A stretch of 64,000 bases of DNA from assembly GCA_049700215.1 (NCBI GenBank), contig JBNAVT010000003.1, forward strand, positions 31,047 through 95,046, read 5' to 3'. The DNA is from Thermoproteota archaeon (GTDB lineage: Archaea > Thermoproteota > EX4484-205 > JAAOZP01). The stretch's first letter is position 1; each line of letters starts with the position of its first letter. The position numbers were made by a program, and so were the translations under genes. The notes beneath the pieces were generated by a model. That model saw only the letters and a program-made list of their open reading frames with translations, was not told where the DNA came from and made no database searches. Positions 47,930 through 57,495 of the stretch are shown in pieces.

Positions 47930-50497
47930 CTAGGCTAGAACATTATACTCCTCGCCATACTCCTCCGGCGACGGAGGAGGATGTGGCCTACGCCTCCTGA
48001 TCCAGAGTAAAGATATTGAAACAGCTAGAACAACAGCGAAGCTTATGACTACGAGAATCAGGTAGAGATTGCTCACTCTGAAGTAGACCTCTTTAACACC
48101 AGTGTTACCATAGGGGTCGGTAGCGTTGATCACCAACCTATACTCTCCGACTGGATTAGTAACTGGAAGATAATAGTCTCCAGCCCATTCACCACCCTGG
48201 TATCTCAACCCTACGATGCTCGTCAAGACGCCTGAATAGACTACGGCAGTCACCTCCCCATCCTCAAGCCTAGACGCATCCGGGTATTTTACGATTGTTC
48301 TTATCGAAACTGTTTCAAAACCTGCTTGATAACTATCCTTCAAACCCTCCATTTCAAAGCTTAGAACAGCCCTGGTTATTTCAACGGGAACCGTGTAGAA
48401 ACCATAGTTTTCAAAAGTGTCTTTAACAGTGATGTTTAACACGTACTGCCCTATGGGAGCATCCCTCGGGGCGCTGATGTTTCCAACCCAGCCTCCGGCT
48501 GAGAACCTTAGCTGCGAGAGAGCCTGTTCAACACCGTTGTGGACAAGCTTGGCGTCGACGAAGGCGCCTTTCTCCCGTGAAACATTCTCAAGCGTAAGGA
48601 TCTCTTTAGAAGGATATTTAATCACCACGTTAACAGGTATTTTCTCGGTTCTGGAAAAAGCGTTGCCAACCTGGGTTAATAGCTGTATGCTTAGCCTAGC
48701 GGGAGCAATCCTTATTTCCTGCTGGAAATCCCCACTGTTCCCAACACCGTCTACCGCGGTTACCCTGAGGGCCCAGTCTCCAGTTTCCTCGCGCGCCTGG
48801 ATCTTCCAGGAAATACTCCATTCGCCAAAGCCTGTCTTATTAAAGTTAAACGGGCCCTTCCTATACTGGTCCTTGAAAAGCTCGAGAGACACGCTGCCCG
48901 AGTCTAGGGGCGTTCCATCCGGGTATGCAACGCTGACGGAAACGTTTAGCCTAACAGACCTTTCGTAAGTCTCGTTAAGCCGGTTCTTTAAAGTAATCCT
49001 CAGCTTTGCGGCGGTGAGGGTAAAAGTCCTGTTTCCGGAGCCAGTGTTACCATACTGGTCTGAAGCCTCCGCCTTGACCACGTAGCTACCCAAAGGGTCG
49101 GCTGGTTCTGTCTTAATACTTTTGAACCAGTAGCCATCATGCGAGTAATCCATGAATATTTCTCTCCCCTGAACCCCTCCGTAGACAAGTCTTATCTTAA
49201 CAACACCGTTCCAAGGCAGGCTTGAACCATCCTTGTATTTCACACGGACCGTTATGTTTATCGGCTTAACCCTTTCATAGGTTGTAGCGTCCATTTCTAT
49301 AGTGACGTTTAAAACCGCCTTAACCAGGGTAACCTGCAAAGCATCAGTAACCACCTTCATGTTTCTGAAGTCCAATGAGTCGTCGCACTCTATGGAAGCA
49401 GAGAGGACGCCGAGCTGAATGTCCACGGGAACCGTTATCTGCCTGCCTACTTCTCCTTTAGAATCCGTCTCCAGCCTCTGGCTGAAAACCACGTGCGTCG
49501 AGTTTCTCAAGTAGAGCGTCGCGGACCCGCTGGGCACCAGTCCACCAGCCTTAACCAGGATTATTGACTTACGCTCCCATACCCGTGGAACATCCCAGAC
49601 GCCGAAGTGATACTTAGTGACGCAGCCACTCCTGTTAACCTGCATCGCGTAGGTACCGGGAGAAGGGTTGGAGAGGCTAATCGTGTGAGAGAAGCCTCCA
49701 GTAGCGTTTGCGGTTAAATGCTCCGTCCTCAGGATAGAACCGTTCGGATGGATTATTGCTAGGTCTAGGGAGGATGTGAAAAACTGGTCTCCACTAATCC
49801 TCACCTGAACACTGCTGGAAGAAGTGTAGACAGGCTTATCCGTGAAAATTATCGGGGAGAGTAGCGTTGAGAACTCGTCGAAAAAAGTTTTCACATCCTC
49901 TTGAGGAGGTTCTAAAACACCCAGAGAGAAGTTCACCTGCTTCACGAGAAACAGTTTAACACCGGTGGAAATAGTGATTGTCTGACTACCATTGTAAAGT
50001 ATCGTTAAAGCGTCTGACGACGCGTCCAGCCATATTGTTAAGTTGTACCATTTTCCAGTTGAGAAAGTTGCGCCGTCATTCCTCCTGTCCAGCCTGTAGG
50101 CCACTAGCTTCATGCCGAGAAAGCCAAGCTTAACCTCGTAAGTTGAAGAATCCGCGAGCACTAGGATCATCCTGGTGAAATTGAAGCTTGATCCATTGTT
50201 TACCTTCACCATGAAGCTTGTTTTGAACGAGCCCTTAGCGTTTAAGATAGAGTACACGTATCCACGGCCCCCGGATGAAACGTTCACGCTTAGACAAGGA
50301 CCCCGGAAGCCGTAGTGGGAAAAAGAGTAGGCTCCTGAGCCTGTGAAGGAGCCTGAGGGAGATATGTTTAGATTATTGGTGAAGGAAGCGTTGTAGGCAG
50401 GTGTGAAGCACGAGTCAGCCTCCACCCTGACCGGCATTATCAGGGTTGTTAAGAGTAGTAATGCTGCCACCAGTATTACCATGCTGTCTCTTGGCAT
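47930..50497 (-). CDS. Large cell-surface protein with repeated Ig-like domains and a C-terminal TM anchor
   Basis: Signal peptide; about four repeats of Y-R...VxYPDG...G-Y...DxxGNxG; TM helix, RRRR and a Pro-rich tail; many NxS/T sequons. Confidence 0.8.
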   Translation of the reverse strand: MPRDSMVILVAALLLLTTLIMPVRVEADSCFTPAYNASFTNNLNISPSGSFTGSGAYSFSHYGFRGPCLSVNVSSGGRGYVYSILNAKGSFKTSFMVKVNNGSSFNFTRMILVLADSSTYEVKLGFLGMKLVAYRLDRRNDGATFSTGKWYNLTIWLDASSDALTILYNGSQTITISTGVKLFLVKQVNFSLGVLEPPQEDVKTFFDEFSTLLSPIIFTDKPVYTSSSSVQVRISGDQFFTSSLDLAIIHPNGSILRTEHLTANATGGFSHTISLSNPSPGTYAMQVNRSGCVTKYHFGVWDVPRVWERKSIILVKAGGLVPSGSATLYLRNSTHVVFSQRLETDSKGEVGRQITVPVDIQLGVLSASIECDDSLDFRNMKVVTDALQVTLVKAVLNVTIEMDATTYERVKPINITVRVKYKDGSSLPWNGVVKIRLVYGGVQGREIFMDYSHDGYWFKSIKTEPADPLGSYVVKAEASDQYGNTGSGNRTFTLTAAKLRITLKNRLNETYERSVRLNVSVSVAYPDGTPLDSGSVSLELFKDQYRKGPFNFNKTGFGEWSISWKIQAREETGDWALRVTAVDGVGNSGDFQQEIRIAPARLSIQLLTQVGNAFSRTEKIPVNVVIKYPSKEILTLENVSREKGAFVDAKLVHNGVEQALSQLRFSAGGWVGNISAPRDAPIGQYVLNITVKDTFENYGFYTVPVEITRAVLSFEMEGLKDSYQAGFETVSIRTIVKYPDASRLEDGEVTAVVYSGVLTSIVGLRYQGGEWAGDYYLPVTNPVGEYRLVINATDPYGNTGVKEVYFRVSNLYLILVVISFAVVLAVSISLLWIRRRRPHPPPSPEEYGEEYNVLA

Positions 50498-50587
50498 CTG
50501 TGATGCTCCGTAATCAAGCGTTTTAAAGGTTTTGTTAGGTTTGTATAAAAATAAAATAGTCTGGTTTCCGGTGGAGGTTAGTCGAAC

Positions 50588-51256
50588 TCACTTACCCCCG
50601 TAAAGAAGCCTCCTCACCAGGAGCAGCGCCTTCCTAGACCATCCCGGTTTTTCAACCTTCAGCTCTCCTTTCAAAACCATGCCTAAAACCCTCCTATAAG
50701 CATCCGGGTTTCTTGAAGCCAGGAGTAGAAGCACCTCCTCGCTCAACACGGACCCCTTGGGAGGTAAGTAGCCGTTCTCCATGTTTTTTAAAAGCACCTT
50801 CTCGCTTTTCCTCGAGCCAATAATGCTCCACACCAGGAGAATCAATCCTGCCGCGAAAAACATTATTGACGGTAAGTACTTTGCCGAATCGTTTTGAAAA
50901 AAGTTCCCCGCCTCATCTATAAGCATCCCCTCTGATGGCGAGCCTGAAAACCTCGTGTCGTATTTAACGAGCAGGGTTGAATCCTCAACCCCGATTTTGA
51001 ACGATTCAGGCTTGAAAACCGTTGAAGACACGTTGTTGACTAAGCATAGTTCAACCAGAGTCCCATTGGGGAGGAAGACGGTTACACGCATTGAAACATG
51101 GGTCCCGTTTCCCCAGACAGTGTATGACGGGTTTGCACACGCTGTAAGACAAGTATTGAGAAACAGTATTGTAAAGATAGGTAGGCATTTTACTACACGT
51201 ATTGTCAACTCTATTTTTAACCTGGAAGGGAACGCTAATAAGCACCCATGGTTCAA
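50588..51256 (-). CDS. Hypothetical membrane-anchored protein
   Basis: 222-aa ORF with two hydrophobic segments; fills the gap between same-strand genes; start uncertain. Confidence 0.6.
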   Translation of the reverse strand: MNHGCLLAFPSRLKIELTIRVVKCLPIFTILFLNTCLTACANPSYTVWGNGTHVSMRVTVFLPNGTLVELCLVNNVSSTVFKPESFKIGVEDSTLLVKYDTRFSGSPSEGMLIDEAGNFFQNDSAKYLPSIMFFAAGLILLVWSIIGSRKSEKVLLKNMENGYLPPKGSVLSEEVLLLLASRNPDAYRRVLGMVLKGELKVEKPGWSRKALLLVRRLLYGGK

Positions 51257-51360
51257 GGCATCAATCCGCCCATCTTATCCTCATCCTTCTTCAGATTTTT
51301 GAGGCGGTTTTCATCTGCCGTGGAAGTCAACAGGGGGAAAGTATTTAAGCATTAAGCGTT

Positions 51361-51822
51361 TCATTTCTTTGAACTAGTCAGCTTTAAAATCTGCCGCGAA
51401 ATATTCTTCCAATGAGAACCCCTCCAGTATAGCTTGCCGCATGCCCTGCACCTCCAAAGCAAATCCACGTTTTTAGGAGCCCCTGGAGTGTTCTCAACCT
51501 CCTCGGGAGCAACAGTCTCAAGCTCGCCGTTGCAAACCGTGCACCTTAAAGAATCCTCTTTGAAGCGCAATTTAAACCTCTCCACGAGGAGCCTTAAGAC
51601 CTCCTCCTCCGTTAAACCCCTGGTTAAAACGACTTCAACACCCTTCTTCCCAGCGATTTTCGCAAGCTCGTCGTCCGACGTCACCAGCACACGGCCTTTT
51701 AAAGCTAGTTTAACCACATCATCATCCTCAACACTGTTCAGATAGACAGTGTCATAACCCATTATCCTAAGCCATCTGGCTACGTAGCCATGCATACCGT
51801 CAACCAGAAACCTGGGGCCCAA
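51361..51822 (-). CDS. Mut7-C RNase domain protein (PIN fold plus Zn ribbon)
   Basis: FLVDGMHGYVARWLRIMGYD, RCTVCNG, CRACGKLYWRGSHW. Confidence 0.92.
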   Translation of the reverse strand: MGPRFLVDGMHGYVARWLRIMGYDTVYLNSVEDDDVVKLALKGRVLVTSDDELAKIAGKKGVEVVLTRGLTEEEVLRLLVERFKLRFKEDSLRCTVCNGELETVAPEEVENTPGAPKNVDLLWRCRACGKLYWRGSHWKNISRQILKLTSSKK

Positions 51823-52705
51823 CCCTGACAGCCTTTAGAAAATCCATTTCCGTTATGAAGCCTTCCAGTGAGCCGGATTTAGCAACAATAGCCGAGCCAT
51901 AGCTGCTTCTCTTAACTATCTCCCAAGCCTCTGTGACCCTGACGCGTGGATCCAGAACAGGCGGATCCCTCACGGTGAAGTCGACCACGCTCAGGGACAT
52001 GAGCTCACCCAGCGTCTTCCCCGCATGGTTGAAGAACCCTCTGCCGCCGAGAAACCTGATTATCGAGCGGGATGAGAATAAGCCTACTGGCTTAGAACCC
52101 TCTAAGCATGGTAAACGCCTGTGTCCAGAGCTCACCATGGTTTCAATACCTTCCCTGAGACTCCTGTCTGTTGAAATGCAGACCGGGGATTTAGACATGT
52201 AGTCCTCGACTAGCCCGCTCTCCAGCGAATAGTTGAACTTCTCCAGCACGTCTCGGACTGTTAAAACAGCCTTGAGCCGGTTGCTCTTGTCCACTACGGC
52301 AAGACTGTTAACATCGTTCTTCTTCATCACCATTATTGATTCCAACATGTCTTCAGACTGGCTTATGCTGACCACGTCTTTACGCATGATCTTAGCAACA
52401 GGCGTCGACATTAGGCTCATAAGAGGCGTCCCCGGAGACTCCCTAGCCCTCCAAAGCAGGTGTTTAACAACCTCCATCGGGGTTACGACTCCCTCTAGAA
52501 GACCGCTCGCCGTCGCCACGAAAACTCTTCTAAAGCCTCTCGCAACCATGGTTTCAAGCAGCCTTGACATTGGAATGGTCTTAGTTACTGAAAGCGGCGG
52601 GGAGGTTGCATAGTACAGCACCGACGAGGCGGAAAAGTATGACTTGGGCCTCTTCCTAGGACGGCCCTTCATGTACCTTAATCCTTTCTCCCTATCCCTG
52701 CTCAA
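51800..52705 (-). CDS. Tandem CBS-domain protein (4 CBS)
   Basis: Repeated CBS motifs (LEGVVT, VEDYMSK, RRLP, GFITEMD). Confidence 0.88.
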   Translation of the reverse strand: MSRDREKGLRYMKGRPRKRPKSYFSASSVLYYATSPPLSVTKTIPMSRLLETMVARGFRRVFVATASGLLEGVVTPMEVVKHLLWRARESPGTPLMSLMSTPVAKIMRKDVVSISQSEDMLESIMVMKKNDVNSLAVVDKSNRLKAVLTVRDVLEKFNYSLESGLVEDYMSKSPVCISTDRSLREGIETMVSSGHRRLPCLEGSKPVGLFSSRSIIRFLGGRGFFNHAGKTLGELMSLSVVDFTVRDPPVLDPRVRVTEAWEIVKRSSYGSAIVAKSGSLEGFITEMDFLKAVRVGPQVSG

Positions 52706-52707
52706 TT

Positions 52708-53277
52708 CTACTCTTCAGAGGCAATCTTAAGGTCAGCCGTGCAGTCTTCGCACAGAAGCCTCCCTTCGACGATGCTCAGAGTGTCAGACCACATGCCGCA
52801 TTCCTCGCAGAACCCTTCGTAGAACTCTTTCCTTATTACGCCTCGGGAACGCTCCACGGCTGTCTTTTCAATCAGCTCGTATATCGCAGGAATAGCGTAC
52901 ACCAAGTCTCTCTCCGAAACTATTCCAACAAGCTTCCCTCCCCTCTCGACGCCGAGCTTCTTAATTTTGCTCCTTCTCATCTTGTCGAGTGCTTCGACAA
53001 TGCTGCTTTCACTGCTAATCTTCTTCAAGGGGTTGGACATGACTTCCCTAACCTTCACAAGCCGGGGGTCCTTGGATTTAGCGACAACCTTTTCAATAAC
53101 ATCCCTCTCAGTGACTATTCCAACATCCTTACCATCCCTGTCTACAACTATTAACGAGCTTATATCGTGGTAAACCATTTGGAGAACAGCCTCGTGAACA
53201 GACTCATCCGGGCTTATCGATATCACAGGGTAACTCATAACCTCGTCCACGGTTAACGCCTTCCTGCTCGGCTTCAA
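52708..53277 (-). CDS. CBS-pair protein with a C-terminal Zn ribbon
   Basis: GIVTERD, GIVSERD, GFCEECG...LCEDC. Confidence 0.9.
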   Translation of the reverse strand: MKPSRKALTVDEVMSYPVISISPDESVHEAVLQMVYHDISSLIVVDRDGKDVGIVTERDVIEKVVAKSKDPRLVKVREVMSNPLKKISSESSIVEALDKMRRSKIKKLGVERGGKLVGIVSERDLVYAIPAIYELIEKTAVERSRGVIRKEFYEGFCEECGMWSDTLSIVEGRLLCEDCTADLKIASEE

Positions 53278-53375
53278 CCCCCTCCCCTTTTTGGCTAACT
53301 ATTGTCTCCTAGAGTATTTAAACTAATAGGGGTTAAATTTATCTATAGGGACTGCGGGAAAGTACCGTCTTAAAA

Positions 53376-53684
53376 ATGGGCGGGTCTAAGAAGCTTCGCT
53401 TAAGCCAGCTGGAGAAGAGGCAGAAGGAGGAGAGTAAGAAGGAGAAGGCTGAACGCTTAAAAAGCGAGAAGAAGGTGGGTGAAATACTCCGCGACGAGGA
53501 TGACAAGATGCTTGAGAAGCTTAAGGGGGTTAAGGTTTTAACACCCTACATTGTCTTCAGCCAGACAGGCTTGAAAATGGGGGAGGCCAAGAGGCTTCTG
53601 AAACGCTTAGAGGAAAGAGGCATAGTGAAAAGAGTCACGGGTAACAGCAGCATTCCTGTTTACGCGTTTCCGCAGGCTGCTTAA
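53376..53684 (+). CDS. rps25e: 30S ribosomal protein eS25
   Basis: MGGSKK...LEKRQ, VLTPY, AKRLLKRLEERG. Confidence 0.85.
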   Translation: MGGSKKLRLSQLEKRQKEESKKEKAERLKSEKKVGEILRDEDDKMLEKLKGVKVLTPYIVFSQTGLKMGEAKRLLKRLEERGIVKRVTGNSSIPVYAFPQAA

Positions 53685-54055
53685 ACACGGGAGACAGAAA
53701 CCACGTCTCCCTCCCTGAGGTTTTTCAAAGGATCCAGGGGCGTTAAAAGCCTTCCTATGAGAGCAGCATTTAGAAACCTGCAGTCGGGAGAATCAGAAGT
53801 GAAGAAAACAAGTCCCTGGAAACGCGGAGAATAACCCACATCCCCCGGGGATGCTTCTGAAAGAGTCTTCTCAACCCCGATTCTCAGGCCCATGGTTAGG
53901 TACAAGTAAGTATCCCCCTTCCCAACAACGCCTATCTTGGGCAGGGAGCTGCCGAGGGCTGAAAAAACCCGCGGCGAGAAGCCTCTTTTAACACTAAACC
54001 TGCAGACCTCACCATCGCCCGAAACTATTTTTAGCTCAAGCTCATCCATCGACAT
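53681..54055 (-). CDS. Divergent cyclophilin-like fold protein
   Basis: SPR, IGVEK, GDVGYSP, IGRL, GD. Confidence 0.7.
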   Translation of the reverse strand: MSMDELELKIVSGDGEVCRFSVKRGFSPRVFSALGSSLPKIGVVGKGDTYLYLTMGLRIGVEKTLSEASPGDVGYSPRFQGLVFFTSDSPDCRFLNAALIGRLLTPLDPLKNLREGDVVSVSRV

Positions 54056-54082
54056 AAAAGTTTAACAGAAACCCTGCTGCAC

Positions 54083-54331
54083 ATGTTAATAAGGCTTAGG
54101 GTGGTAGGGTTGTTCATACTCATAGGTCCCCCGGACTCTGAGGACAGGTTAAAACGTTTAGAGAAGGAGAAGGAAAGGCTTGAGAAAGAGTATGAGGAAC
54201 TTCAGAAAAAATTTGAAGAGGGTAAGGTAAGCAAGGAGGAGTATGAGAAGAGGAAGCATGATATTGAGAGGGAGTTCGTGGAGGTCATGGATAGGATAGT
54301 CCAGTATAAGGCTTTTTCAAGCGGCTTTTAG
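54083..54331 (+). CDS. Small coiled-coil (SHOCT-like) protein
   Basis: GKVSKEEYEKRK motif; start probably about 54110. Confidence 0.7.
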   Translation: MLIRLRVVGLFILIGPPDSEDRLKRLEKEKERLEKEYEELQKKFEEGKVSKEEYEKRKHDIEREFVEVMDRIVQYKAFSSGF

Positions 54332-54493
54332 GATTCTAGAGGCATGTTTAACGAACTCTTTTCAAAGAGCCTCGGGGGAGGCGCTGGTAAGCGGGCTTCC
54401 GACCACTATTGGGAGAACACCGTCTCAAAGGCTTGTTTCAGCCCATTCAGGTTTAGAAAGGCTTAAAAATGGGTTTTTCCGAGGTAGAGTGCG

Positions 54494-56125
54494 GTGAGTA
54501 AAATGAGCTCCTCGCAGGTAAAAGTTATTCCCTCGATAATTCTAAAGGAGGGAAGCAGGAGGAGCTTTGAAAAGGAGGCTCAGCTTTATAATCTTCTCGC
54601 GTCAGAGGTTATTTTCGAAACAGTTAGGACAGCTCTAGGCCCCTTGGGCTACAGGAAAATCATTGTGGATACGTTCGGCGACACCACGATAACCGGCGAC
54701 GGGGCAACTATAATGAGCGAGCTGGAGGTTGAGCATCCTGCTGCAAAGCTGATTGTTGACGCAGCCAAGTCTCAGAACAAGGAGATTGGAGACGGGGTTA
54801 CAAGCCTAGTAGTCTTAACTCATTTGATGTTTAAGGAGGCGGACTCCCTGATGAAGATGGGGATACATCCCTCAGTAATAATCGACGCGTACAGCGAGGG
54901 GGTTAGAAGGGCGGTGGATGCTTTAAAGAGCGAGCTAGCCATCAGGATTGACCCTGCAAACCCTGACGTTTTGAGGAGAACAGTATTGTCTACAATACCC
55001 CTATCGCTCAGCATGCCGGTGAGGGAGAGGCTTGCCGACATAGCTGTTGAAGCAGTTAAAAGAATAATCGAGAAAGGTGTTGAGAACACTAGGGTTTTCG
55101 ACGAACTCTTGAAAACCGAGAAGAAGAGCGGCGGTTCGATTCTGGACACTCAGCTGGTGGAGGGGGTTGCACTGGACAAGGAGGTCGTACACCCCGACAT
55201 GCCTAGGAAGGTTGAGAACGCGAAGATAGCTCTTTTAGACATGCCGGTTGAAGTTAAGAAGACGGAGACGGATGAGAGGCTTAAATTCAGCGATGCTAGG
55301 ATGATCAGAGAATTCCTCAAGACCGAGCAGAAAATGATGAGTGACATTGTTAACAGGCTGTCGGAGCTGGGGGTTAACGTTGTTTTCGTCCAAAAGGGCA
55401 TAGACGACTATGCCCAGTATCTTTTGGCGAAGAAGGGAATTATGAGCTTGAGGAGGGTTAAGAAATCCGACATGGAGAAGCTTGCACTCGCCACCGGGGC
55501 GAAGATCGTGAGCGTCCTGGAAGACTTGACTGAGGATAAGCTTGGTTTCGCAGGCATCGTGGAGGAGCGGAAAATAGGCGGAGAAAAATGGACTTTCGTA
55601 GAGAGGGTTCCGAATAAGGCGGTTCACACGATCCTGGTGAGGGGAGAGAACGATAAGATTGTTGACGAGGCGGAGAGGATCATTAAGAACTGTGTCGCTG
55701 TTCAGAGGGCGCTTGTCGAGGAGCCTTACGTGCTGCCTGGCGGCGGGGCTGCTGAAGTCTTTCTCTCGCGTAAACTAACCGAGATGGCTAAGGGAGGGAA
55801 AGAAGGCATTGCGCTCGAATCCTTGAGCAAGGCCTTCGACTCGTATGTGAAGCAGATCGTAGCGAATTCAGGAGGAGACCCCGATGCGGTTTTAACGGAT
55901 CTTAAGGCTAAGCATGCCAGCGGGGAGAAGACAACAGGCTTCGACGCTTTCAGCGGGAAAATCGTGAATGCTTTTGAAACAAGCATACTTGACTCCTACA
56001 GGGTTAAGAAGACAACGTACCTAGCTGCCCTTGAAACAGCTATAATCCTCCTGAGAGTAGACGATGTAATCACAGCTGCGAAGATGAAGCCTCCGAAAGG
56101 GAAGGAAGGCGGGGCGGAAGAGTAG
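54494..56125 (+). CDS. ths: Thermosome (group II chaperonin) subunit, divergent
   Basis: ALGPLG, DGATI, EHPAAK, GDGVTS, QKGIDD, RRVKKSD, PGGGAAE, LRVDDVI. Confidence 0.95.
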   Translation: MSKMSSSQVKVIPSIILKEGSRRSFEKEAQLYNLLASEVIFETVRTALGPLGYRKIIVDTFGDTTITGDGATIMSELEVEHPAAKLIVDAAKSQNKEIGDGVTSLVVLTHLMFKEADSLMKMGIHPSVIIDAYSEGVRRAVDALKSELAIRIDPANPDVLRRTVLSTIPLSLSMPVRERLADIAVEAVKRIIEKGVENTRVFDELLKTEKKSGGSILDTQLVEGVALDKEVVHPDMPRKVENAKIALLDMPVEVKKTETDERLKFSDARMIREFLKTEQKMMSDIVNRLSELGVNVVFVQKGIDDYAQYLLAKKGIMSLRRVKKSDMEKLALATGAKIVSVLEDLTEDKLGFAGIVEERKIGGEKWTFVERVPNKAVHTILVRGENDKIVDEAERIIKNCVAVQRALVEEPYVLPGGGAAEVFLSRKLTEMAKGGKEGIALESLSKAFDSYVKQIVANSGGDPDAVLTDLKAKHASGEKTTGFDAFSGKIVNAFETSILDSYRVKKTTYLAALETAIILLRVDDVITAAKMKPPKGKEGGAEE

Positions 56126-56156
56126 ACATGACTTTTACTGCGGAAGTTGCTAAACT

Positions 56157-56438
56157 TTGAGCATATCCTCTTTAAAAAACAGTATTGAGAAAAGGATCGA
56201 GGTTTCTAAAAAGAAGCTGACGAAGTTTGAGAAGGCACGGATAATAGGTTTGAGAGCGCTTGAACTGTCACTGGGAGCCCCCCCGTTAATACCTGTTGAA
56301 CAGAGCAGTAGGCTGAGCGCTGCCGAAATAGCGGCGCAAGAGGTTGAGAAAAATATTCTCCCTCTGATAATTGGGAGAAGAATGCCTGACGGAAGCTATG
56401 TTTACGTTGCGTTAAGCGACTTAGAAATAGAGGACTAA
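56157..56438 (+). CDS. rpoK: DNA-directed RNA polymerase subunit Rpo6 (K)
   Basis: LTKFEKARIIGLRALEL..GAP, LPLIIGRRMPDG. Confidence 0.93.
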   Translation: MSISSLKNSIEKRIEVSKKKLTKFEKARIIGLRALELSLGAPPLIPVEQSSRLSAAEIAAQEVEKNILPLIIGRRMPDGSYVYVALSDLEIED

Positions 56439-56580
56439 ACCGTCGTTATTTAGGCTAGTTAAGCACTTTTAACGTGGAAACCGGCTGGAGCATTATTAAG
56501 GCGTTATACCGGCTGGCAGAAAGATTTTTATTCCAGCTATCCAAGCCTCCCTACGCAAGGAGGAGGTGTAAGAGTAAACC

Positions 56581-56877
56581 ATGTGCGCACAAACCACTGG
56601 ACCGTCTCCTAACGTAGTGCTCGTCGGCAAGAAGCCTGCACTAGTGTACGCGGTTGCTGCATTAATGCAGTTGACAGCTGAGCAGAACGAGGTTACGCTG
56701 AAGGCGAGAGGGAGAGCAATATCGAAGGCTGTCGACGTCGTTGAGATACTTAAGAGAAGGTTCCTAGGGAACCAGATGGTTCTGAAAAACGTTCAGATAG
56801 GCACTGAGACATTCCAGACACCGGACAACAGGCAAAGGTTCATCTCAACAATAGAGATAACTGTTTCCAAGGCTTAG
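56581..56877 (+). CDS. albA: Chromatin protein Alba
   Basis: VGKKP, KARGRAISKAVDV, STIEI; RBS GGAGGTG upstream. Confidence 0.95.
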   Translation: MCAQTTGPSPNVVLVGKKPALVYAVAALMQLTAEQNEVTLKARGRAISKAVDVVEILKRRFLGNQMVLKNVQIGTETFQTPDNRQRFISTIEITVSKA

Positions 56878-56940
56878 AGGAAAACAAGCAACACACCCAT
56901 CATTCATGTTTTTTAACGTTTACGACTCAGCCGTCATGCT

Positions 56941-57495
56941 TTAATGGAGTTTCTTAACCATGAGCAACCCGGATGTCCCGTCCAGATAGTAATGGGGTAT
57001 CTCTCGAACAACACGGTAACCGAGCGCCTTGTAAAGCCTAATCGCCTTCTCGTTGTTAACCCTCACCTCAAGGAAGCTCTCGTCGATAGAGTTGCGAATC
57101 ATCTCGCTCAGCACGGAAGTCATAAGGGTTTTTCCAATCCTCTTTCCGTGAAACTGTTTTTTAACGGCCAGACTTACCACGTGGCCCTTCCTAACTATGG
57201 TGAAACCGCCTTCCGAGGGAAAGCCTGTTTCTATCCTGCACATAACATATCCGACGACCTCCCCGGTTTTAGCCAGAATCGCCACCAGGAAATAGTTTGG
57301 AAACCTTTCAAGAAGATCCATGAAGAAGGAGGGCGGGTAGTTTTCAGGAAGCTCCAGCCTGTTTATCTCTATAACGCTCGGGAGATGCTCTGGCTCCGCA
57401 TACTTAATGACCACCTCGTCAGTCAAGGCGGCAACCATTTTTCCGTGTCTTCCGAGCCCAGTTACCTCTTTAAAACTATTATGCTTCCTCTTCAA
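56941..57495 (-). CDS. rimI: N-terminal acetyltransferase (Ard1/RimI GNAT)
   Basis: LPENY, GYVMCRIE, KGHVVSLAV, LEVRVNN, YYLDG. Confidence 0.9.
   Translation of the reverse strand: MKRKHNSFKEVTGLGRHGKMVAALTDEVVIKYAEPEHLPSVIEINRLELPENYPPSFFMDLLERFPNYFLVAILAKTGEVVGYVMCRIETGFPSEGGFTIVRKGHVVSLAVKKQFHGKRIGKTLMTSVLSEMIRNSIDESFLEVRVNNEKAIRLYKALGYRVVREIPHYYLDGTSGLLMVKKLH

Noticed and set aside
32463-48800. GCGCGC/CGCGCG runs inside intact genes (about 32464, 40723, 42344, 44841, 48790)
   Set aside because: In-frame Ala/Arg codons, mostly without TAG/CTA flanks and without gene disruption; treated as background.
54332-54490. GC-rich intergenic stretch as an ncRNA
   Set aside because: No convincing long stems or C/D or H/ACA boxes were seen.
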